A stretch of DNA of 63,408 nucleotides, the filler included, from Octopus bimaculoides (lineage: Eukaryota): assembly GCF_001194135.2 (NCBI RefSeq). It is 6 parts of 5 records of this genome, joined end to end, with 100 filler letters (N's around TTAATTAATTAA, not from the genome) between each part and the next. Parts side by side here need not be neighbours in the genome. Positions count along the whole stretch, not along the records: positions 33,575 to 54,443 come from NC_069006.1; positions 54,544 to 61,684 come from NC_068981.1; positions 61,785 to 63,408 come from NC_068984.1; 3 more parts are not named here. One strand, given 5' to 3'. Numbering within the stretch: the first letter of the stretch is position 1; every line of letters starts with the position of its first letter. This document shows, in pieces, positions 53,490 to 63,408 of this stretch. The position numbers were made by a program, and so were the translations under genes. The notes beneath the pieces were generated by a model that was given only the letters and a program-made list of their open reading frames with translations, was not told where the DNA came from and ran no database searches.

Positions 53490-54200
53490 CTGATATAAGG
53501 TGCACCCCCAGTCACAAGAATATTTTGCAGACAAAAGTACAATTTTAGTCAACACTTCATCATATGTAGAATGATTAAGTGATTTCAGCATGGTTTTTCA
53601 AAGGAAAACATATTTTTGTGCATGGAAATGCAATATATGCTAGAATCATGTCTGAAATGATACACAATAACATTATACTGACTATTAAGGGAAAATAAAT
53701 TACATTTATTATAAGTGAAAATAAATTCCATACATTGCTATCAGTCAATACCAGTAACTGCAGACAAAGCAAATTTATCAGTGAAAACTGGAACAAAGCA
53801 AGTAGCAAGATACAATAAATGTGAATTCCTTGCACACAAAGCAAATATTTCATTAATATTAGTCCACAGCAAGCAACTAGAAACATTTTAATAGAAACTG
53901 GTAATTCAGAGAACAGAATAGGCTACATAACAACCAGTAAAGTACAATAAAATTGAAGGAAGAAAAAAAAACTAGTTTGAGGTTTATTTAATCATCAGTT
54001 GCAAAACCGAGGAAATTATCATCTTCAGAACTGAATAAACTGGTGTCCTCAAAGCCCGAGAACTCATTGTTGGTGTTGGCATACTCTCTTTACCAAAGGA
54101 ATTCTCTTGTAATAGGATCTGGAACATTAATATTTTCTTTGAACAATAATTGTCCTCAGTAACATCAAGAACATTAATGAATGCTGTTCTGGTTTGATTT
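53490..54200 (-). mobile_element. Possible pogo-family transposon 3' remnant
   Basis: Acidic C-terminal-like EFSGFEDTSLFSSEDDNFLGF; tataaggtgcacccc TIR-like end. Confidence 0.4.
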
Positions 54201-54227
54201 TGTTTTAGATTTTTTTTTTTTTTAACC

Positions 54228-54443
54228 ACAGGAGGGTGCTGAAGAGTTCCTGGTTTTAAGGGTGTTGTGAAAGGCCAGGTTGGAGGTCCAACCATCCGAG
54301 TCCTTTTACAGGGCTTAGAAAAATTGAAGGATCACTGCAATAAGTTTGTGATTCTGAGAAGGCAATCTGTTGAATAAAATCATAATTAACTGATCCTCCT
54401 GTATTTTCCTTTACCCAAAACCAGGAACTTTTCAGCATGTGTG
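54228..54443. mobile_element. Mariner-type MITE
   Basis: gagggtgctgaagagttcctggttt...aaaccaggaacttttcagcat TIRs. Confidence 0.7.
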
Positions 54444-54575
54444 NNNNNNNNNNNNNNNNNNNNNNNNNNNNNNNNNNNNNNNNNNNNTTAATTAATTAAN
54501 NNNNNNNNNNNNNNNNNNNNNNNNNNNNNNNNNNNNNNNNNNNATATATATATATATAATATATATTTGAAGATA

Positions 54576-54903
54576 AGCAACAAAAATTCAATAGGTTATA
54601 GCAGTACGTACGTTTCGTACAAGCTCCATTTATTCATGTAGTGAGAACACCACATAGAATGTACAATGGAAATGTACTCTTCAGCTGCATAATGGAATTT
54701 CATTTTAGAAAGACATTTTGAAGACGTTTGCAAAAAACGAGAGTAAGAGAAGAAAACATACCATCTCGAACTATGCTGATGTTCCATTATGCAGCTGAGG
54801 AGTACATTTTCCTTGTACATTCTATGTGGTGTTCTCACTACATGAATAAATGGAGCTTGTACGAAACGTACGTACTGCTATAACCTATTGAATTTTTGTT
54901 GCT
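54576..54903. repeat. Inverted repeat with ~120-bp arms and a ~85-bp spacer
   Basis: 54576-54697 is the near-perfect reverse complement of 54782-54903. Confidence 0.9.
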
Positions 54904-55487
54904 TTACTTCAAATTTTATTCACCAAATCTCTTGATTTTGTTTTTGGTTATTACCCTACCAAATTCTGGTGCCTCAAATATTTTAAGTACCACATTTAAT
55001 CTTTTGATTAAATCTATATTATTATTATATATAATATATATACATCTGTGTGTATGCATGTGTGTATTCAATTGTCGCTCTTATATCATGCAATGCGCAC
55101 TTGCTGTAGAACACAGATCTACCTACACAGTGAGTACCTTTAACTTGCATAGCAGCAGAAGTAAAATAGCTAAAAAGGTGTTTTCCTTTACTGTCCTAGC
55201 TCGCTTTTGATACGGCAAAACTGTATTCTCTGGGACAGTATTGATTCAAGTACCAAATTCGCAGTTTTGCGTATGCTTAAATTTTGTTCCATTATAATCC
55301 CGCTTTCTGAGTTTCTTCTTCACCAAGAACTGAAAATTCTCAAATCCGTACAATGTTACAGATATATAAACGTGAAAGTATCGTCGATGTGATTCATTCT
55401 AATATACTTCTAGTCGGAATTTTATTGGCCCTTGAGAGATATAATAGAAAGTCGGTCCTGGAGGGGGTTTTATATATAAAATAAATG

Positions 55488-56275
55488 CTAAGAAGGTGCA
55501 GGAATGAGTGTGCAGTCACGAAGCTTCCTTGCAATCAGGTGGTTTGGGATTCGGTTCCACTGCACGGCAGATTGGACTGTTGGTATAGCCTCGAGCCGAC
55601 TAATACTTTTTGACTGAATTCGGTACACGAAAACTGTATCGATGTCCGTCAAGTGTGTGTATGTGTATTNNNNNNNNNNNNNNNNNNNNNNNNNNNNNNN
55701 NNNNNNNNNNNNNNNNNNNNNNNNNNNNNNNNNNNNNNNNNNNNNNNNNNNNNNNNNNNNNNNNNNNNNNNNNNNNNNNNNNNNNNNNNNNNNNNNNNNN
55801 NNNNNNNNNNNNNNNNNNNNNNNNNNNNNNNNNNNNNNNNNNNNNNNNNNNNNNNNNNNNNNNNNNNNNNNNNNNNNNNNNNNNNNNNNNNNNNNNNNNN
55901 NNNNNNNNNNNNNNNNNNNNNNNNNNNNNNNNNNNNNNNNNNNNNNNNNNNNNNNNNNNNNNNNNNNNNNNNNNNNNNNNNNNNNNNNNNNNNNNNNNNN
56001 NNNNNNNNNNNNNNNNNNNNNNNNNNNNNNNNNNNNNNNNNNNNNNNNNNNNNNNNNNNNNNNNNNNNNNNNNNNNNNNNNNNNNNNNNNNNNNNNNNNN
56101 NNNNNNNNNNNNNNNNNNNNNNNNNNNNNNNNNNNNNNNNNNNNNNNNNNNNNNNNNNNNNNNNNNNNNNNNNNNNNNNNNNNNNNNNNNNNNNNNNNNN
56201 NNNNNNNNNNNNNNNNNNNNNNNNNNNNNNNNNNNNNNTCTTTACGTCCCCGCACCCTAGCGGTTCGGCACAAGA
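55488..56275 (+). mobile_element. SINE family A spanning a gap
   Basis: Head at 55488-55668 and tail fragment after the N run. Confidence 0.6.
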
Positions 56276-56813
56276 TACCGATCGACTTGAAACTAATAAT
56301 GATATACATACATACGACCTTATTTCACACAGTTTCAATCTACCACTTCAATCATAAGGCATTATTTGCCCCGGATCTATACTAGAATACACATGTCCCG
56401 AAGTGTGACTGAACCCAAAACTGCATTATTGCAAAGCGAGTTTCTTAAACAGATTAGCAATTTGTATTCACTAGTAGTAAAGTGTAACTAATAGTTCATA
56501 GAAGCCATTCCCAGAACTTGTGAATACCATATCTAAACTTTCACTGGCGTCGATTGATAAGATAATTTCGTTCTAGTTGATTATCATGTTTTAGCTAAAC
56601 TCGAACTCACAGTTTATGTTACCAGTGATTTTTCACACATCGTTTGTTCATTAGTCTAAATCATGGTAATGACAAAACTATCAGTCCAAAATAGCTGCCA
56701 AAATCGTTTATGGTGTGGAATTTTTTGTTAATCTAGTTATCAAATTTTCTTAACTTCCACCACGAGTGAATATTGAGCATGAAATCGTACTAGGAAACAG
56801 GAATATATACACA

Positions 56814-56854
<41 letters not shown>

Positions 56855-57133
56855 GGTATGTCAGTTATTTTTTTTTATTTCACGAGGCATGCATGAAAGA
56901 AAGTATTGTGTGCTGCTTATGTTGCAGGTTTCTGCATTACGAAAGTTGCCAGAAATTACAAAATATGTGTACTCAACATTGCTGTTAATTGATGAGCTTC
57001 AAAAGCTCTCCTCCTTGTATTAATCATTTCCCCTCTTTCATAGGTAGAACATGAAACTTCGTTTCTAGTCCTTTGTAGAATGTATTTCTGTACAATATTG
57101 CAATATTACTTTGATTCCAAAATATACACTTAC

Positions 57134-57302
57134 TGAAATCTCAACTATGCAGACAATAGAATTTTCGATGGATAAAAGCTTCAAGATGTATATCCTATGG
57201 TGAAAAGAGATAATTTCTATGAAATTATTCCTGGCGTAGAAATTATGACAATCATTGGAAATAAGAGATGGATTGAAAGGCATTGATCTATATTCTTTTA
57301 GC
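57134..57302 (-). CDS. Possible internal exon (169 nt)
   Basis: Strong acceptor gggttttctctttag| and donor TCA|GTAAGT; one open frame LKEYRSMPFNPSLISNDCH...VEIS. No family recognised. Confidence 0.3.
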
Positions 57303-58254
57303 CTAAAGAGAAAACCCAATTGCATAATTGTTAATTATGCAATAATTGTGTGGTCTTCACACACAATGTATAGTGTTTGCTTCTACTTATTTAATCACTT
57401 ATATGTTGGGCTTAAGAACGTTCCACTTGCTGAAATTGATCTCAATATGAGAATAGTTTTACATTAAAGGAAATAGGCAAGATTCTACATCGAAAAATCA
57501 CAGCAATTAGCGAACTTATTTATCTCATTTGATGTTATACAAAATGAAAGAATGAAGCTATTTCAATCTAAGCAAGCTTCAATGACTTCTCATTGCCAAT
57601 CATATATCCATTCATCAAAGTGAAGCTATCTGTAGGATACCAAGCAGTTTCCTTGCTTTGATTTTCAAAATGATTGCTGATTTGATAATCCCTGCGGGAA
57701 AGAACTTCTTAACTACACATACAAAGAATTAATCTAGATCGTGTAATTTTCACTTATAGACATTTAACTATAGCGTTGCTCATTTGAACAGAAATATTAG
57801 TTATTCAGCTAGATTATCTTGATGTTGCATTCTCATTAATATTCTAGAGACACATGATAACGGAAAACAATAATCTTTTACATTTTGAACTTTTAAAGCA
57901 ATTATCCATTATTAAACATTATATATTAATCCGAGGCCGATTAATATCGAAACTTAATTCCTTATTTCTGTTATATTTGCTTTGTATAATTTATTAATTG
58001 TCTGTAGTAAAGTAAATATACCGCAAGGGCTAAGCAATGATACTATGAGTATATGATTGTTGAAAAATTAATAGCTTTTATTCTCAAAGTTGAACACAGA
58101 CTAAAACTATTACAGCAATTAAGATAAAACGAAACTATTTTATAAACCCTAAATTCTTTATAAGTGAAAATGTGTATTTGGAATGTTCATGCATGCATCT
58201 CTGTATATATTCATATACATGTATGCAGACATGCATGTAAACATGTATATATAC

Positions 58255-58290
<36 letters not shown>

Positions 58291-58324
58291 GGACAGACAG
58301 ACAGACAGATAGACAGACAGATAT

Positions 58325-58369
<45 letters not shown>

Positions 58370-58389
58370 TAGCTAGCTAGCTAGCTAGC

Positions 58390-58442
<53 letters not shown>

Positions 58443-58796
58443 TTCATTAATAACGACAGAAGCAGTCTTTATGTCCAACTTAACGCGGATGTTTCGTGAG
58501 ATCACCGAATACTATATTATTTACCAAGAGAGAAACAGGTAAAAAATACATCCACGTTTATTTAGACATAAACACAAACACAAACACCTCACACACACAC
58601 ATACATGTTCTTTTCTTTTCTTTTGCTAGCTTGAGCCATTTTACTGTGGTTATGCTGGAGCATAGCCTTTAGTCGAAAAAATCGACTAAATACTTTATAG
58701 CCTACTACTATCGGAAACTTTTGCGGCGAATAAAATACAAGATCGGTTGTCAAGTAATGGTGGTGGGGGGACAATCTCAGACACACAAATATATAC

Positions 58797-59600
58797 ATGG
58801 TTCTCGGAACACCTCCGAGACATCTGACTCAGCAATGACACCCCGGTCTCACGCCATTTCCGCTCTACCGGTCACTCTTTGCAACACCTGTCTGTGTTCG
58901 GATTGTCCTTGCACAGGGGCCATCCGGACTCCCGTCTTCGCTGTGAACAGGGATTAATCTTCTCTCTTCGCTCGTTTGCGTCACATGGGCTCAAATCTCC
59001 TCCCCTCTACATCTAACTCTTCACCCCTCTCCTCTCTTCCTCTCACACCTACTTCCTCCCATCCACATCTCTTCTCTTGCTCCGACTGCTACTTCTTCTC
59101 TTCACTCCTACCCTCCTTCTCTTTTCTCTTCACTCTTACCTACCTCTTCCCTTCCAACCCCTCCCTCATAACCCCACTCCTACACAATCCAACCCCACTT
59201 TCCCTATCCATTCCCAACTCATCCATTACACTCACTCCCACATACCCCACCTCTACACCCACCCTTGCTTTCCCCACTCTCGCCTCCCCCACATCCCAAC
59301 ACCACCACACCACACACCACCACACCATACACCACACACAACACACCACCACATCACATCATACCACCGCGCTCACACTAGCACTGACCACGTTCCAGCA
59401 CCCACACCATCATCCACACGCCTACACATGCACACACGTACATATCAAGGTCACCCACCCTCTTCCATACGCACATACATGCTCTCTTATACACACGCAC
59501 GTGCACCTTCGTTTTGGGATCACCACAACTTTATTATCCCCCTTCTTCCTAGCTCTCCTGTGTGACCCCTCTGTTCAGCATAATCTAGGCAATTTTTTGT
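58797..59600 (+). mobile_element. Penelope-like element: GIY-YIG C-terminus and 3' region
   Basis: RFSEHLRDI..NDTPVSRHFRSTGHSL...RLRCEQGLIFSLRSFASHGL. Confidence 0.8.
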
Positions 59601-59949
59601 AAGACAACGCCAGACCACACATCGCAAAAATGACATTGGCAAAACTACAGGAGTTGGAATTGGAAGTTCCCCATCATCCACCATACTCACTTGAGCTTGC
59701 CCCCACTGACTACCACTTCTTCCAAAATTTGGATAAATTTTTGATTAGAAAAAAAATTAATTCCAAAATTTTATTGACTCTAGATTGCCAGGCTTTTACA
59801 GTTCCGGGATAGACAAGCTACCACTGAAACGGCAAACGTGTATTGACCATATGGGTGCATACTTTCATGAATAATACTAGTCCTTGTATTTATAAAACAT
59901 TAGCAAACTTTTTTTCTTTTCTACAAATTTCATACTTGACGACCTAATA
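59601..59949 (+). mobile_element. Mariner transposase 3' fragment
   Basis: DNARPHIAKMT...HPPYSLELAPTDYHFF (YSPDLAP-like); ends ttgacgacctaata. Confidence 0.85.
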
Positions 59950-61364
59950 GTTTCTTAATTGTAAGAGATCATAGTTAATGTACAGGCCACCTTCATAAAA
60001 CGAAATATTGATTTTAAACTATACTTAAACTATACAAGAATAATGCACCCAGTCAACTATGAGTTAATTTAAGTCTGTCTTTGATAAACATAACTCTCAT
60101 TTTCCACAAACTGATTTAAAAGGTTATTTCGCACCTATTTTCAAACCTCTTATCAGGAAAGTCCTATATTGCGCTAAAACTATAATTCATTTTAGTGACA
60201 AAACAGATATCGCTTTATAAACGAGGAAACCTTTTGTTTGAACTTTATCTGAAAGAACTCTTCAGATACAACAATGTTTGATATAGACATTGGGCTAAAT
60301 ACTTCTGAGTTGTTTGTGAGTTTTTTGGTTTATTATTACACAGTTTCTGCCAGAGAGACGTCTATGCAGTTCTATGCTAATGTCTTTCTACAAAATTTTC
60401 ATTCTAAAAAATCTTTCTATTTAATTATATTTTCAAAATTTTTTAACGTAAAATCTCTATTATAGCAGCAACAAAAAAATCTCATCGAATAGATCAGCAC
60501 AAAAATATTAATCTATTTCTCAATATCTCCCAATTCAAGCCTAAAATTATATCTAATGTGACACTAGTCCATCATATATTTCCCCATCTTTGCCCTGTAT
60601 CACTTTTGCACATAGTATTTATTCTATAGTTTGTCAAGTAGCCATCATGCTTTCAGTCATTCATACCAAATATCTCTTTAATGTTACCGTTTATCTCTTT
60701 AATATAACCATATATTAAGGTTTCGAACTGGTAGGATCGTTAGCGTACCCGTTTGAATGACTAATAAACATTTTATCTGCCTTCACGTTCCGAGTTCATA
60801 TTCTGTTGAGGTCGACTTTGCCTTTTGTCCTTTCGTAGTCAATAGAATAAGAACCAGTTGAACACTACAGTAAATGTAATCGCCTTACACTCTCCCCGAA
60901 ACAGCTGGCCTTGTGTCAAAATTAGAAAAGAATATATGTCTTGCAAACAACTTTCACATGCAAGTGCCACCAGTCGAGAACGCCACACACCGGAAGCCAA
61001 CAAGTGTATGAGGTCATCAGGAGAGGATATAGCACCGTAACCAGTTATTTATCATTATTGACTATACGCTTTACGCACTGTTCGCTATTTTGTTCATCAT
61101 AAATTACTATTACTCTTAGATTCTTTATTCCAGCTGATTATTTTCCATTCATTATTTATTTAGTTAGATTACCTCTTGCCATTTTAACGTTATATCATAT
61201 AATGTTTACGTCTCATTACATATTGTATCTCACAACTTATTACTGCTGATATTCCGCCAAAATCTTAATTACTATTCCTATTTCGTATATCTGCTATTGG
61301 CATTTTAAAAATCAATCTCATCACCATCTCTCCTTAATATTCATTATACGCTATTATCACTGAG

Positions 61365-61395
<31 letters not shown>

Positions 61396-61400
<5 letters not shown>

Positions 61401-61684
61401 TAGTTTTATTTTTATAACGTGCTTTCACTTCACTACCGAGCGCAGCTCTGTGCGCCTTGGGTATGTGCTGTGGTTTGCTGTGTTGCTCTTATGTTTACTG
61501 TATTGAAAGTGTTTTGCGTAGAATGTGTGCAGTACCCAGTAGTGCAATTTTCTGTATGTTATATATATTTGTAAGTCCTGGTGTTTTTGTTATGTATTTG
61601 TCTGAATATTTTTTTATTATACCTAAGGCACCTACTATGATAGGAATTGTTTCTGTTTTTAGATTCCACATTCGAGTTATCTCT
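61396..61684 (-). mobile_element. R4/Dong-like LINE 3' end with a (TAA)n tail
   Basis: Same sequence as 47521-47735; ETIPIIVGALG...IQKIALLGTAHILRKTLSIQ*. Confidence 0.85.
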
Positions 61685-61881
61685 NNNNNNNNNNNNNNNN
61701 NNNNNNNNNNNNNNNNNNNNNNNNNNNNTTAATTAATTAANNNNNNNNNNNNNNNNNNNNNNNNNNNNNNNNNNNNNNNNNNNNGAAAGAGAAACAGGGA
61801 GGTCAGGGGTAAGAGTGAAAGGAAAGGAGGTGGAGGAGGAGGGGGAAATCAGTAAAACTAATACAGAAAGAAAGAAAGGAA

Positions 61882-61922
<41 letters not shown>

Positions 61923-62324
61923 CAAGGAAACAAAGTGAAAAGGGGCGAGTGGGTAGAATGGAGAAAGTCATGTGAGGTCGAATATAAATGAAAGGTTAGC
62001 GATGAACAGGTGAAGAGAGAGAGAAAGAGAGGGAGAAAGAGAAAGAGAGGGAGAAAGAGAAAGAGAGGGAGAGAGAACGAAAGAGAGATGCTGAAGGCTG
62101 ATTCGGAATCAAGAATTAGTGAGGTTGGCGTACGGCACATATATATGTAATACATAAATACAGCCTTACACACACACACACACACACACGCACACACACA
62201 CACACGCACACACACACACACACACAGACAAAGATGTAAAAGAAAAGTTCAAAATTCGTCGGTCGATCTTAAATGAGTTGAAAGTTTTTGAATAGAAAAC
62301 AGAAATATAATAATAATAATAATG

Positions 62325-62376
<52 letters not shown>

Positions 62377-63408
62377 CAACAGAGTGGGAAGTGAGAGTTG
62401 GGCTGAAAACAAAGGATTCGGTTAACCACTAAGAGTAATAAATGAGACCACAAAAGAATTGTTTCAGTGAGGGAAGCAAAACAGGAACTCTTTTACAAAA
62501 AGAGACGGAAAAGTAGGAGGGAAAGATAAGGTTTCATCGAGAAGGAAAATGAACAGAGAGAAAGATCAGAGATAAAGAGAGGGGGAGGAGGGGGAGAGAG
62601 AGTGGAAGAGAGAAAGAGAGGAGGAGAAGGGGGNNNNNNNNNNCCAAGAATCGAAACCACAATCTTATGCTCATGAGTACAACACTCCTAACCACTGACC
62701 CACGAGCCTCCACGCTCACACACACATACAGAAGTAGTATATATATATATATATATATACACATGATAATATATACGTATGTGTGTATGTGTATGTGTGT
62801 GTGTGCATATACATATACATATGTGTATGCGTTTATATATATATGCATGTATNNNNNNNNNNATATGTGTATGCGTTTATATATATATGCATGTATATAT
62901 ATGTGTGTGTGTGTATGTGTATGCTTGTGTGTGTGTATATATTTGTACATAAACACACACACACACAAACATACACACACACATACATACATACGTACAC
63001 ACACAAATGTGCATATGTCTATAATGAATAAAGCAGTCATTAAAATATTAAAACCACCGACACCAAAATCAATAGTATTGATTATTGTCAACAAAAATAT
63101 TTGAACAACCAACCGAGCGAGCGAGTTTGCTTTTCTAAGACAGCAGCGCCATCTACGTAGAAGTTGGTTTTTCTGTTCAGAGTAACAATACCATGTGAGG
63201 GCAAACTGTGTGTATATGCCTTGTATGTGTTTGTGCGTGTTGGTTTTTTTTTTTTATATGTGAATGTTTGGGTGGTGAGTGGTGTTGGAGGCGGGGAGCA
63301 TGTCAGAAGAAACGAGATAAAAGATGGTTAAAATACCAACTAGAAACAGGTCTAGCGTGGATTGGGAAGAAATGTAATTGACGTCATATATATATATTTG
63401 TGTGTGTG

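Noticed and set aside
63130-63170. GCGCCATCT (YY1-like) possible promoter motif
   Set aside because: A single short motif with no other support.

Overview
AT-rich, gappy, repeat-dense eukaryotic genomic DNA. The SINE, MITE and microsatellite landscape looks like an octopus (cephalopod) draft assembly; this is an inference from repeat style, not a database match. Most of the window is transposon debris: two Ty3/Gypsy fragments with LTRs, RTE, CR1/L2-like, Tx1 and R4/Dong-like LINEs, Penelope remnants, Tigger/pogo and mariner elements, TTAA-type MITEs and three tRNA-derived SINE families. The main signal is a minus-strand tandem array of three paralogous ~0.92-0.96 kb coding exons (18234-19192, frameshifted; 27640-28560; 32329-33270). 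Each encodes TM1-TM6 of a gustatory-receptor-like (7tm_7/7TMIC) protein. Each has an acceptor-like site ~155-165 nt upstream of the ATG and ends at an identical phase-0 GTAAGT donor. A vestige of a fourth unit lies at 26071. I found no private TM7 exon between the units, which suggests variable exons spliced to shared C-terminal exon(s); the shared exon(s) were not confidently located. Two orphan exon candidates (39073-39186, 57134-57302) lie upstream on the same strand.
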